Positions 9,945 to 20,085 of a stretch of 64,000 nucleotides of DNA are shown piece by piece. The stretch's first letter is position 1, and every line of letters starts with the position of its first letter. The notes under the pieces were generated by a model. That model saw only the letters and a program-made list of their open reading frames with translations. It was not told where the DNA came from and made no database searches. Source of the stretch: Candidatus Tenderia sp. (lineage in GTDB: Bacteria > Pseudomonadota > Gammaproteobacteria > Tenderiales > Tenderiaceae); NCBI GenBank assembly GCA_031416075.1, contig JANOSY010000024.1, positions 97,669-161,668 of the forward strand, read 5' to 3'. A program made the translations under genes and the position numbers.

Positions 9945-11925
9945 GTTTTTCAGACTCTTTTTCAGAGCCCCCTTCCGGCTGCGGCTCTGTTTTACGGAAC
10001 CATTTGCGATACACAAAGAAACCGATCAGTGACAAAAGGACGTTTACACCAACCACCTTAAGCCCGACCATCATCCAGTTGGGTGACTCATCGTCTGCTG
10101 TCTGTTCATCAGCAGGTTCATCGCTGCTGGCCGCATCGGCATGTTCTGGTGCGGCATCCTTGTGGTGTTCGCCTGCCGGGGGGGCGTGATCAGCAGCAGC
10201 TGCATGTTCAGCAGGCGGTGTGCCCTGTTCTGCTGTTGCGGAAGGTGTTGCGTGCTCTGCCACCGCACCATCTGTATCAGTGGCTGTAGGGTGATCCACT
10301 ACTGGGACCGGGAGCTCAATCTTGGGCTTGGCCACGGCTGGTGTACCCTGTGGCGCATCCTGCGCTCCTGCCCCCATAAGGTAGGTACCCAGATCAGAGG
10401 CAATCTTCTGCCCATTGGCCCGCTCAGCCTGAATCGACAACGCCACCTCATAGCGGTCACCACTACGAACATCCATATCCAGACGCCACTCATTAGGCCC
10501 CGCCCTGGGAATGGTCAACTCCGTAGTCGCTCCACCTATTTTTGTCGCCTTGGCAGAGATCACCAGCGACTCTGGTTTGATCAATTCAGAATAGGGGATC
10601 AACGTCAGTGAGTACTGGGAGGGGTCACCTTTGCTCACCTCCTTCACACTCACCGCTACCGGTTTATCCACCACCTGCACCAGATAACGTTTTGACCGTT
10701 TAAAGGTGGTGCCATTAACCACCAGCTCATAATCATACTCACCCACACGCAGATCACCGCCCACTGCACCGCTAAAACGGCCATCACGGGCAGTAGTATC
10801 CTCGCCCTTGCCGTTATCATCCAGGGGGACACGTTGCTCCAGGGTACTTTGGTAGTTACGATTCAGCGCCGTGGTAACAAAGTCGAGAAACTGCGGTTTG
10901 TTGATGATCTTGTCTTTGTTATGAAGCTCAACAAAATAGGGTAGACGATCACCACTCATCATCATGTTAGGCAGGCGGCTGGCCCGTACATTTAAATCTG
11001 TCACAATCATCACACGATTATCGGGATCAAGCTCCGCATTGACCTGCCACTCACCCGCCATCGGCTTATCGATGGTGATCAGGTCGTAACGATCTTCCCG
11101 TTGCCACTGCACGCCGTCCGGCTTATTCTGCGGATCAATCTCTTTACCGTCCGGCATCTTGAGCGAGGCGCTCTTTACCCCCTCCTTACGGAATACCAGC
11201 ATGGTCAACTCATTCACCGAGTTATCCACCAACACTTTATTACCGACCAGTGGCAGTGACTCAACCGGCACTGCCTTCTCGAACATCCGCAAAAATACCC
11301 GCTCCAGCTCAGCGGCGCTGCCCACCTCTTCATAACGGCCCGAGGTGGCCGCCGAGAGTTGCCGTAAAAAGGGTTTATCTGCTTCGCCCGACAGGGCCAC
11401 CGTGTGAATAATGACGCCGTTATTTTTCATCCGCGTCAGCATCTCACCCAGAATACGGCCACGGGCTGCCTGATCCACGGCCTCATCCTTTGACATATCA
11501 AGCATGCCATCGGTTAAAAAGATGATGTGGCGGCTGGTTTTTGGATCAGGTTTGTTCCAATCCCAGGTGGAGTCCTTAAGCACACCTTCAATGTTGGTAT
11601 ATTTCCCCGAAGAGTTAATCGCCTTAGCCGCCCCCTTGGCCTTGGCCTTCCATGCCTGATTGACCTCTCCGCTGGGCACCAACATATTGACGAACTCACC
11701 AAAGGTCCAGACCCCGGCCTTGGTCCCCTCAGGCAGCAGTTGTGTCACCAGCTTCAAGGCTGGCACACGCAGGTTCTGAGGGTCATTTTTTTTCATACTG
11801 CCAGAGATATCGATCAATACACGAACATCGGTCACCGGCTGTTTACCACCCAATGCCTGCTCGGCATAGGTAGAACTCACGCCTAGCAGCATGAGGAAAA
11901 ATAAGACAATAAGCGTAGATCGCAT
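9937..11925 (-). CDS. VWA-domain membrane-anchored protein (TIGR03503-like)
   Basis: Signal peptide, MIDAS DISGSM..T..LTDG, a DDNGKGEDTTARDGRFSG motif, Pro/Ala/His linker, C-terminal TM plus basic tail. Confidence 0.85.
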   Translation of the reverse strand: MRSTLIVLFFLMLLGVSSTYAEQALGGKQPVTDVRVLIDISGSMKKNDPQNLRVPALKLVTQLLPEGTKAGVWTFGEFVNMLVPSGEVNQAWKAKAKGAAKAINSSGKYTNIEGVLKDSTWDWNKPDPKTSRHIIFLTDGMLDMSKDEAVDQAARGRILGEMLTRMKNNGVIIHTVALSGEADKPFLRQLSAATSGRYEEVGSAAELERVFLRMFEKAVPVESLPLVGNKVLVDNSVNELTMLVFRKEGVKSASLKMPDGKEIDPQNKPDGVQWQREDRYDLITIDKPMAGEWQVNAELDPDNRVMIVTDLNVRASRLPNMMMSGDRLPYFVELHNKDKIINKPQFLDFVTTALNRNYQSTLEQRVPLDDNGKGEDTTARDGRFSGAVGGDLRVGEYDYELVVNGTTFKRSKRYLVQVVDKPVAVSVKEVSKGDPSQYSLTLIPYSELIKPESLVISAKATKIGGATTELTIPRAGPNEWRLDMDVRSGDRYEVALSIQAERANGQKIASDLGTYLMGAGAQDAPQGTPAVAKPKIELPVPVVDHPTATDTDGAVAEHATPSATAEQGTPPAEHAAAADHAPPAGEHHKDAAPEHADAASSDEPADEQTADDESPNWMMVGLKVVGVNVLLSLIGFFVYRKWFRKTEPQPEGGSEKESEKHD

Positions 11926-12194
11926 AACAACACCCCGAACTGATCCGTGTCTTGGCAATATTAATCATCCCAAATACCGGCAGATTCACTCTGCACAATA
12001 GCCAGCAATGAGTCTATCGACCTGTATGAACAATGCTTTATATCAACCTGACAACGTTACAGCCGACCACCATCTATCCTCATATCAAAGTAACAACGTA
12101 ATAAATCACAAACTTTATGCTCATGAAAAACCCCAACCTTCCGAAAACAGTGGAGCCATATTTAAAAAATTAAGCGGTAATCTGGAGAGTTGTA

Positions 12195-13829
12195 ATGAGT
12201 GTAAAAATCAGCACCCGCGTTGGGGTAATTTTTGCCGGCATCGCGGTAATGTTATTGTCATGTGGCGGTGCCGGGTACTACGGGGCAAAAAAACTCGCCG
12301 ACGGGTTGCAGTACATCACCACCATTGCTTGGGATGCCTCTGATGGTGCCATGGAGGGGATCATTCACATTCAGAAACAGATCATTCACCTCAACCATCT
12401 GGCTAATACTACCGACGAGGACGAAGCAAAACAGATAATCGCAGAAATTGCAGAAGAGGAAACCATCGCTGACAAGGCCTTAACCCTCATGGCGGCCACC
12501 GGTCTTATCGAAAAAGGGCTGTTAAATCAGCTGGAGAGTGCCCGCAGCTCCTTTGCCAATACCCGCAACGAGTCGCTAAGTGCCTACGCCAACTATCGCA
12601 GCAGCCCCGACGACGAAACCAGCGCCACCATGGCTGAAGTCAACAAACGTCTGCTATCCAACTCATCAACATTGCTGGCGCTGCTGACTAAACTGGAGGC
12701 AACGGGTACCAGTAAGGTAACAGAGTTCTCCGACAAAACAGCTACCATCCAGGCCGAGGCCTACAGCGCCATCTTCATCAGCGCAACCATGGGGATACTA
12801 CTCACCCTCATTGCCTATATTGTCATCATCAAATCAATTGTCACCCCCATCCGTAACATGGGAAAACAGTTTCTGGCACTGGCGGAAGGTGACGGTGACC
12901 TCACCACCACCATGTCGGTCATCCATGACGATGAAATCGGTGATGTGAACCGTGGTTTCAACCTGTTTATAGGTAAAATAAAAACATCCATCCAGCAAGT
13001 TATCACATCATCGGGCGAGCTCGGTTTAGCAACGGGCAGGCTGACACAGATCAGCAACGACACAACAGATAACCTGAGCCAGCAGCAGCAGGAGACTGAA
13101 CAGGTAGCGACTGCCATGAATGAGATGGTTGCCACAGTACAAGAGGTAGCACGGAACGTCAGTGATGCTGCCGATGCGGCAAATGCGGCAAACCGCGAGG
13201 CCGCTAACGGCAAACAGATTGTTGTCAACTCCATCAAAGAGATCAACGCCCTGGCTGCCGAGGTACGCCAGGCTGCCGAGGTGATGAAACGGCTGGAAAA
13301 GGACAGCGACAACATCGGCAGCGTGCTCAGCGTGATTAAAGAGATTGCTGACCAGACAAACCTGTTGGCACTGAATGCCGCCATAGAGGCCGCCCGCGCA
13401 GGAGAACAGGGCCGTGGTTTTGCCGTGGTGGCCGATGAGGTCCGCACACTCGCCAGTCGTACCCAGAAATCAACCGAAGAGATCCAGAAAATGATCGAAC
13501 GGCTACAGTCCGGCACTCATGAAGCCGTCAGCGTGATGGAACGTGGTCAAAAACGGGCGCAATCGAGTGTTGATCAGGCAAACAATGCGGGCACCGCACT
13601 GGAATCGATCACCGCCGCCGTCGTCACCATCTCACAGATGACCACCCAGATTGCCAGTGCCGCAGAGGAGCAGAACGCTGTCGCCGAAGAGGTCAACAAC
13701 AGCATCATTAACATCAGTAACATGTCCCAGCAATCCAGTACCAGCGCAGGGGAAATAACATCATCCACCCAGCAACTTGGACTGCTTGCCAAACAGCTCA
13801 ACAATGTAGTGATTCAGTTCCGGGTATAA
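12195..13829 (+). CDS. Methyl-accepting chemotaxis protein
   Basis: Two TMs, HAMP domain, and [34 protein letters not shown] signature. Confidence 0.97.
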   Translation: MSVKISTRVGVIFAGIAVMLLSCGGAGYYGAKKLADGLQYITTIAWDASDGAMEGIIHIQKQIIHLNHLANTTDEDEAKQIIAEIAEEETIADKALTLMAATGLIEKGLLNQLESARSSFANTRNESLSAYANYRSSPDDETSATMAEVNKRLLSNSSTLLALLTKLEATGTSKVTEFSDKTATIQAEAYSAIFISATMGILLTLIAYIVIIKSIVTPIRNMGKQFLALAEGDGDLTTTMSVIHDDEIGDVNRGFNLFIGKIKTSIQQVITSSGELGLATGRLTQISNDTTDNLSQQQQETEQVATAMNEMVATVQEVARNVSDAADAANAANREAANGKQIVVNSIKEINALAAEVRQAAEVMKRLEKDSDNIGSVLSVIKEIADQTNLLALNAAIEAARAGEQGRGFAVVADEVRTLASRTQKSTEEIQKMIERLQSGTHEAVSVMERGQKRAQSSVDQANNAGTALESITAAVVTISQMTTQIASAAEEQNAVAEEVNNSIINISNMSQQSSTSAGEITSSTQQLGLLAKQLNNVVIQFRV

Positions 13830-13881
13830 GAAGGGTTACAAATGAGGCGGGTGATCACTCGCAGAGCAGTCACCGGCTTTT

Positions 13882-16065
13882 TTATTGCGGTTTGTGCAGT
13901 ATCCAACAGACATGGATGCGCGGGTTACGGGCGTAATCCCGTGGAATGGTCGCCGCACTCATCTCCTCTACCACCACCCCTGTATCCGCCAGCGCCTCCC
14001 CATCAAAACGGAATCGCCGGTTATTATTGGAGAAAACCAGCACCCCACCCGGCTGTAACAGTTTAATGGCATGACGCAGCAGCTCAACATGATCACGCTG
14101 CACATCAAAGGCCTGCTGCATCCGCTTAGAACTGGAGAAGGTGGGGGGGTCAAGGAAAATCAGCCCATAACGCCGGCCCCACGGACTACTGGCCTGCTCC
14201 GCCAGCCACTGCAAACAATCCGCCTGCACAAAATGGTGGTCACGCCCCTTGAACCCATTCAAGGCCATGTTGCGCTTGGCCCAATCGAGATAGGTATTGG
14301 ACATGTCAATCGTGGTTGTACTCTTCGCCCCGCCCGCCGCCGCGTATACCGTACCTGCGCCGGTATACGCAAAAAGATTAAGAAAGTCCCGATCATTCGC
14401 CCAGCCGCGCAACTTCTGGCGGGTAATGCGGTGATCCAAAAAGAGCCCTGTATCGATATAGTCACTGAAATTGACCAGAAACGTCAGGCCACTCTCCATC
14501 ACCTCATGAAACTCTTTTCTGTCGGCCTGTTTTTCATACTGTGACACCCCTTTCTGACGCTGACGCACCTTGAGAAACATCTGCTCATAAGGGATATCCA
14601 ATATCGAGGGGATCACTGCCAGCGCCTCTTTCAACCTAGTGGTGGCCTTCTGTTCGTCAACCGTTTTAGGCGCCTCATACTCCTGCACATGGACCCAACA
14701 CGTTTCACCCTGGTAGAGATCAATGGCAAGGTTATACTCCGGCATGTCGGCATCGTAGAGTCGATAACAGCTGATCGCTTCCCGCTCCGCCCAACGACCC
14801 AGCTCCTTCAGGTTTTTACGCAGGCGATTGGCCAGCATCTCTGCCCCCGGCCCCAGGGACTCAAGCTTGGCGGGGCGCGGCCCGCCCCCCAGCGTGATGT
14901 ACCACTGTGGATCAAGCTCAAAACGCAGCAACTTACACTCCAGCGCGCCATTAAACATATTGTGGGTATGGCGGGCACGAATCCCCATCTGCTTGGCCAG
15001 CTCCGGGTTGCCCGTCAGCACCACCGCGCGCCAGCCGGTGAAATGGGTTTTTAAGCGGCTGCCCAACTGGGCATACAGCGGCATCAGTTCAGCCTCCTGA
15101 CCGAGACGCTCACCATAAGGGGGATTAACCGCCAACAACCCAGGCATCACGCCCACTGGCGGTGCCAACTCAGCGGCATCACGGCGAACAATACGAATGT
15201 AATCCTCCAACCCTGCCGCCGTCACGTTAGCCTGCGCGGCAGAGACGGCTCGTGGGTCAATATCGTAACCGTAGATGGGTGGCAGCTTATCGATCCCACC
15301 GCTACGCCGCACTTGCGCCTCATCGACCAGCCGCTGCCATACATCTGCGTCATGCTGACGCCAGGCGAAAAACCCGTAGTGATCCCGCAACAGCCCCGGG
15401 GCGATGTCTGCCGCAATCATGGCCGCCTCAATGACAAACGTGCCCGAACCACACATTGGATCAAAAAACGCCCCCCCCTGAGCCGCCACCTCTGGCCAGC
15501 CGGCCCGCAACAGAATGGCGGCTGCCAGGTTCTCCTTCAAAGGGGCAGTCACCGTTTCAACCCGATAGTGGCGGCGGTGCAGGCTTTCGCCCGACAGATC
15601 AAGGCTGATGGTCAATTCGTCACGATGAAGGTGAGCATTAATGCGGATATCCGGCTGTTCCAGATTGACCGAAGGGCGCTCCCCCGTGGCAAGACGGAAC
15701 TGATCAACAATTCCATCCTTGATCTTAAGCGCGCCAAACTGGGTGTGGCGAATGGCGTCAGAACGACCAGTAAAGTCCACAGCAAAAGTAGCATGAACAT
15801 CAAAATGGCGCTGCCAATCGATGGTCTGCACACCGGCATACAGCGTCTCTTCAGACGACACTGCAAACGTGGCCAGTGGCAACAATACCCGGCCGGCGGT
15901 GCGTGACCAGAGGCAGACCCGATAAGCCGTCTCCATCGAACCGGTAAACTCAACACCCGCAGGCTGTTCACGCACAGAGCCAGCACCAAGCAGTGTCAAC
16001 TCAGTTAGTAGAGAGGCCACCATGCCTTTAGGCACGGTGGCAAAAAATTGCAGTGGGGTGTCCAT
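13882..16065 (-). CDS. rlmL: Bifunctional 23S rRNA methyltransferase RlmKL
   Basis: THUMP region, APLKENLAAA, DPMCGSGT, NPPYGER; second domain DTGLFLDHR, LNLFAYTG, DPPTFS. Confidence 0.95.
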   Translation of the reverse strand: MDTPLQFFATVPKGMVASLLTELTLLGAGSVREQPAGVEFTGSMETAYRVCLWSRTAGRVLLPLATFAVSSEETLYAGVQTIDWQRHFDVHATFAVDFTGRSDAIRHTQFGALKIKDGIVDQFRLATGERPSVNLEQPDIRINAHLHRDELTISLDLSGESLHRRHYRVETVTAPLKENLAAAILLRAGWPEVAAQGGAFFDPMCGSGTFVIEAAMIAADIAPGLLRDHYGFFAWRQHDADVWQRLVDEAQVRRSGGIDKLPPIYGYDIDPRAVSAAQANVTAAGLEDYIRIVRRDAAELAPPVGVMPGLLAVNPPYGERLGQEAELMPLYAQLGSRLKTHFTGWRAVVLTGNPELAKQMGIRARHTHNMFNGALECKLLRFELDPQWYITLGGGPRPAKLESLGPGAEMLANRLRKNLKELGRWAEREAISCYRLYDADMPEYNLAIDLYQGETCWVHVQEYEAPKTVDEQKATTRLKEALAVIPSILDIPYEQMFLKVRQRQKGVSQYEKQADRKEFHEVMESGLTFLVNFSDYIDTGLFLDHRITRQKLRGWANDRDFLNLFAYTGAGTVYAAAGGAKSTTTIDMSNTYLDWAKRNMALNGFKGRDHHFVQADCLQWLAEQASSPWGRRYGLIFLDPPTFSSSKRMQQAFDVQRDHVELLRHAIKLLQPGGVLVFSNNNRRFRFDGEALADTGVVVEEMSAATIPRDYARNPRIHVCWILHKPQ

Positions 16066-16118
16066 GAGATTTGCCTTTGTCAGGCAGAGCTGACCTACTG
16101 AATAACTAGCGGTAGAAA

Positions 16119-17339
16119 CTAGCCGTGATAGCGCTGAAAAACGAGACAGGCATTGGTGCCGCCAAAACCAAAACTGTTGGACAGCACTGTGTTGATCTCA
16201 ACGTTGTGTCTGGCCTCAAGTAGAATCGGCATACCGTCAGCCGACTGGTCAAGATTATCGATATTCGCCGAGGCAGCCAAAAAACCGTGCTGCATCATCA
16301 GCAAAGAATAGATCGCCTCATTCACACCGGCAGCACCCAAGGCGTGGCCTGTGAGTGACTTGGTAGAGCTAATAGCCGGGATCACGCCCTCACCAAACAC
16401 CGCACGAATCGCTTCCAGCTCCTTCATATCACCGGCAGGTGTGCTGGTACCGTGGGCATTAATATAGTCTACGTTTCCACTCACCCCCTCCAGCGCCAGA
16501 CGCATACAGCGGGCCGCCCCTTCACCTGAGGGTTGAACCATGTCAAAACCGTCAGACGTGGCACCATATCCCACCAACTCAGCATAGATCCTGGCACCAC
16601 GGGCCTGAGCATGCTCCAGCGCCTCAAGCACCAACAGGCCGCCACCACCAGAGATGACAAAACCATCACGCTCAGCATCATAAGCACGCGAAGCCTTAGC
16701 GGGGGTATCGTTATACTTGGACGAGAGCGCACCCATAGCGTCAAACATCATGGAACCTTCCCAGCCCAGCTCCTCACCGCCACCGGCAAACACAACATCC
16801 TGCTTGCCCAGCTGGATCTGCTCCATTGCGTTACCTATGCAGTGGGCGCTGGTAGAGCATGCAGAGCTAATGGAGTAGTTAATACCCTTAATCTTAAAGG
16901 CCGTGGCCAGGTTAGCCGACGTGGTGCTGCCCATGGTCTTGGGCACCATATAGGGACCCACACGACGAATACCCTTCTCACGCAAGATATCAGCCGCCGC
17001 AACTGTGCTGGCATGGGAAGCGCCACCAGACCCCACAATCAAACCTGCGCGGGGATTAGAGACTTGCTCTTCACTCAGCCCCGCATCCTCGATAGCCTGC
17101 TGCATAGCAATATAGCTAAAAGCGGCTGCATCACCCATAAAACGGCGCTGCTTACGCTCAATCAGTACCTCAGTATCAATGTGTATGGCCCCATGAACAT
17201 GGGAGCGAAACCCCATCTCGGCATATTGAGGGGCAAACTCGATACCGGAACGACCGGTTCTAAGCGCATCAACAACCTCATGCTGATTGTTACCAATGCT
17301 GGAAACAATTCCGACTCCTGTGACAACTACACGTCTCAC
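16119..17339 (-). CDS. fabB: Beta-ketoacyl-ACP synthase I
   Basis: [25 protein letters not shown] and [10 protein letters not shown] motifs; lies downstream of fabA. Confidence 0.96.
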   Translation of the reverse strand: MRRVVVTGVGIVSSIGNNQHEVVDALRTGRSGIEFAPQYAEMGFRSHVHGAIHIDTEVLIERKQRRFMGDAAAFSYIAMQQAIEDAGLSEEQVSNPRAGLIVGSGGASHASTVAAADILREKGIRRVGPYMVPKTMGSTTSANLATAFKIKGINYSISSACSTSAHCIGNAMEQIQLGKQDVVFAGGGEELGWEGSMMFDAMGALSSKYNDTPAKASRAYDAERDGFVISGGGGLLVLEALEHAQARGARIYAELVGYGATSDGFDMVQPSGEGAARCMRLALEGVSGNVDYINAHGTSTPAGDMKELEAIRAVFGEGVIPAISSTKSLTGHALGAAGVNEAIYSLLMMQHGFLAASANIDNLDQSADGMPILLEARHNVEINTVLSNSFGFGGTNACLVFQRYHG

Positions 17340-17350
17340 CGGTCACACCC

Positions 17351-17866
17351 TCACATATTTTCAGTGGAAGTAAATAAGCCAACTCGCAAATCTTTAGCAG
17401 TGTAAATCACCTTGCCATCAACTTCCATTTCAGCATCACCTACTCCCATAAACAACTTACGCATAATGACCCTATTCATGTCGATACGATAGGTCACCAA
17501 CCTCTTTTCAGGGGTCACCTGACCACGAAAGCCCACTTCACCCACACCCAGGGCACGACCACGGCCCGGACCACCACACCAACCCAGGAAAAAACCGATC
17601 AACTGCCACATCGCATCCAGTCCCAGACACCCCGGCATGACCGGATCGCCCTGAAAATGGCAATCAAAAAACCAGAGGTCAGGGGTAATATCAAGCTCAG
17701 CGATAATCTGCCCCTTACCGTGGGTTCCCCCATCCCGTGTAATCGAAGTGACACGATCAAACATCAGCATCGGCGGCAGTGGCAATTGTGCATTGCCCAG
17801 ACCAAACAGTTCACCTCGCCCACAGCTCAGTAACTCATCCCGTGTATAACTATTTTTTGTCTGCAT
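17351..17866 (-). CDS. fabA: 3-hydroxyacyl-ACP dehydratase/isomerase
   Basis: [11 protein letters not shown] and [21 protein letters not shown] motifs; start placed at MQTKNSY. Confidence 0.96.
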   Translation of the reverse strand: MQTKNSYTRDELLSCGRGELFGLGNAQLPLPPMLMFDRVTSITRDGGTHGKGQIIAELDITPDLWFFDCHFQGDPVMPGCLGLDAMWQLIGFFLGWCGGPGRGRALGVGEVGFRGQVTPEKRLVTYRIDMNRVIMRKLFMGVGDAEMEVDGKVIYTAKDLRVGLFTSTENM

Positions 17867-18075
17867 GACTTTCTGTTTTTCTATCGTTTTTGGAGTTCCG
17901 CAGAGCCAAGATAGCGACAATCGCAGACCATGACTAAAACAACCCCCACCCAAAGATTAAATGACCGCAAATGGTAGCAGAAACGCTCATTTGGCAAGGC
18001 GCACATTAACAGAAACATTATTAATGAGCAAAATGATTAAAAATACAACAAGTTACAAAAAAACAACATGGCATA

Positions 18076-18786
18076 TCATGCAACTTTACATAACTCTACA
18101 ACCTCCGCCACCCCCTCCTCTTTCACCCGCCAACGCACGTCCAAATCGTACAGACAGATACCGAATACCCGTTCAGGCTCAATACGACGGTTATATGCAG
18201 GACGCGGATCGAGGCTGATCACCGATTCAATCAAATCAGCCAACCCCGGCCAGCGCTGCTCATGTTGAGCACAGCTCTTTTGGGCCTCAGCACTAAAATC
18301 CACTTTTAGTACACTACGAGGTGGCTCCTGTGCATAACCCGCCTTCGCGTCAACAATACAATCCGCATAAGGCAGATAGGGTTTAATATCCAGAACAGGC
18401 GTCCCTTCAACCAAATCGAGTCCCGAAACCCGCAGGTGTATCCTCCCCCGATATTGAACAATCTCATCCAACGCGACCACCGACAATCCAATGGGGTTGG
18501 GACGATGTGTGGCCCGGGTAGCAAATACACCCAGCTTTTTATTCCCCCCCAGTCGTGGTGGCCGCACGCTCAGGCGCTTATCACTTTCAAGACAGTGATG
18601 AAATACAAAACTGATCCAGAGATGGGAAAATGCCTCAAGCCCGGCAACAGCCTCAGCACGATCGTAAGGAGGAAAAAGCTCAATTTCACCTCGTGCACCA
18701 ACAATCAACCCTGGCTGACGAGGTACTCCGAATTTATCTTTAAAGCAGGAGTGGACTATCCCAATCGTGTTAAAACTATAATGCAA
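18076..18786 (-). CDS. tsaA: tRNA (t6A37)-N6 methyltransferase TrmO/TsaA
   Basis: KFGVPRQPG, GVFATRATHRPNPIGLS, GTPVLDIKPY and DPRPAY motifs. Confidence 0.94.
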   Translation of the reverse strand: MHYSFNTIGIVHSCFKDKFGVPRQPGLIVGARGEIELFPPYDRAEAVAGLEAFSHLWISFVFHHCLESDKRLSVRPPRLGGNKKLGVFATRATHRPNPIGLSVVALDEIVQYRGRIHLRVSGLDLVEGTPVLDIKPYLPYADCIVDAKAGYAQEPPRSVLKVDFSAEAQKSCAQHEQRWPGLADLIESVISLDPRPAYNRRIEPERVFGICLYDLDVRWRVKEEGVAEVVELCKVA

Positions 18787-18800
18787 TCAGGAACCTCACC

Positions 18801-18829
18801 AAAAACGAAGGGCCGCCGTGGCGACCCTT
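18801..18829 (-). terminator. Intrinsic terminator-like hairpin downstream of the 33-aa ORF
   Basis: Minus strand AAGGGTCGC-CACG-GCGGCCCTT followed by CGTTTTT. Confidence 0.6.
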
Positions 18830-18872
18830 AAAAAATCATAGAGAAGTATCTACACCAAACAAAATAACCGTG

Positions 18873-18974
18873 TCACATCAGCATTTTGCCAAAAAAACCG
18901 ACAATCAGCAAAATTACTGCGGCCCCCACAACAATGATCATATCATCATCACCTGCACTACGCTGTTCAACCAT
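18873..18974 (-). CDS. Small single-TM protein, 33 aa (below the ORF-track cutoff)
   Basis: AGGAG RBS upstream of ATG; MVEQRSAGDDDMIIVVGAAVILLIVGFFGKMLM*; downstream hairpin. Confidence 0.6.
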   Translation of the reverse strand: MVEQRSAGDDDMIIVVGAAVILLIVGFFGKMLM

Positions 18975-19104
18975 ATATATACTCCTGTTTAAAGTATAAA
19001 AATTGGGAAAATGCCTTTAATGCCTGGGAAAAACCAACAACGCCCGTTAGAACAATAGTCAAGAAGTGAAAAATTACAAGGAAAGATCTATACAACGCTC
19101 ACCG

Positions 19105-20031
19105 CTACCGCGGTCTTGAAGTGCCTATGGATTCCAGCTCTTGCTGTAGCTCTTCGGCACTTTTGATGCTCATCCCCATTTGACGTGCAACTACATCATT
19201 TACCATTACAGAAAAATATTTTGGCGCAGAGCGCTGCATAACAGTGCCATAACATGGCCGTCCTAAACAGTTAACGATCTCTGCGGTCTGACGACCAATC
19301 TGCCCTGGTGTAGAGAACAACGCCAACATCGCCCCCGCCTTCAAGAATGATTCTGAATAAACAACCAACGGATGTTTATAACGAAAACTGGCCAGTAATA
19401 CCTCCTGAACTACACGACGATTATAAAAAAATGGATCCGGCAGAAGCAACATTACATCACTGTCGGCAGACATGTTTTTAAGCAGGCTCGACAACCGCTC
19501 ACTCCCCATCAGGTCCCCAAAAATCATCTGCAATTTAGTGGCATCGACAGTTTTTTTGAGCTCATCAATATAAAACGCCGACGTTTCACCGTGTAAATAA
19601 GCTATTGTGTTTATATCCGGCATGGCAGCACGTACAAGCTGCAAATAACGGCCGACCGGTTGATCTATATACAGTAGTTTGTGTTGTGGGCTCAGCATGC
19701 CATGTGCATCCAGCCACTGATAGCTGCTTAAAGGCAGCATCGTGTATAACACCGGTTTGTTTAGCAAATTGCGTGCAGCCACCACTTTGGCAGCGTCAAC
19801 ACCTGCAACAACAATGGCGCTGTACTGAGAAAAATCCAACCCATCAACATCATCTGCCGAACGAAAATCCAGCGCTTCCGCTGCTACGCTGTTCAGCGTA
19901 CCTAACATGCCCTGTTGAAACTCCTGATAGACCGGACTCTCCTGGCTTACAATTAGTAGCAGACGAGCATCAACATTGGCACTGAATAACAGTGCCAATG
20001 CTGTCGACAACATTAATCTCATCAACCACAT
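19105..20031 (-). CDS. Periplasmic ABC-substrate-binding-like protein paired with a TonB-dependent receptor
   Basis: Signal peptide; LYIDQPVGRYLQL, LLLPDP, GAMLALFSTPGQIGRQTA and VNDVVARQMG resemble the ABC_sub_bind fold. Confidence 0.75.
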   Translation of the reverse strand: MWLMRLMLSTALALLFSANVDARLLLIVSQESPVYQEFQQGMLGTLNSVAAEALDFRSADDVDGLDFSQYSAIVVAGVDAAKVVAARNLLNKPVLYTMLPLSSYQWLDAHGMLSPQHKLLYIDQPVGRYLQLVRAAMPDINTIAYLHGETSAFYIDELKKTVDATKLQMIFGDLMGSERLSSLLKNMSADSDVMLLLPDPFFYNRRVVQEVLLASFRYKHPLVVYSESFLKAGAMLALFSTPGQIGRQTAEIVNCLGRPCYGTVMQRSAPKYFSVMVNDVVARQMGMSIKSAEELQQELESIGTSRPR

Positions 20032-20085
20032 CGCCTAATTCACCCGCCTACGCTGACAACCGCCCCCACGGTTTCAACCATCTGC

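Noticed and set aside
16533-17405. Long antisense ORFs (290 aa here; also 26536-27294, 50732-51718, 56007-56993)
   Set aside because: They lie opposite well-supported genes and have no motifs; expected from codon bias.
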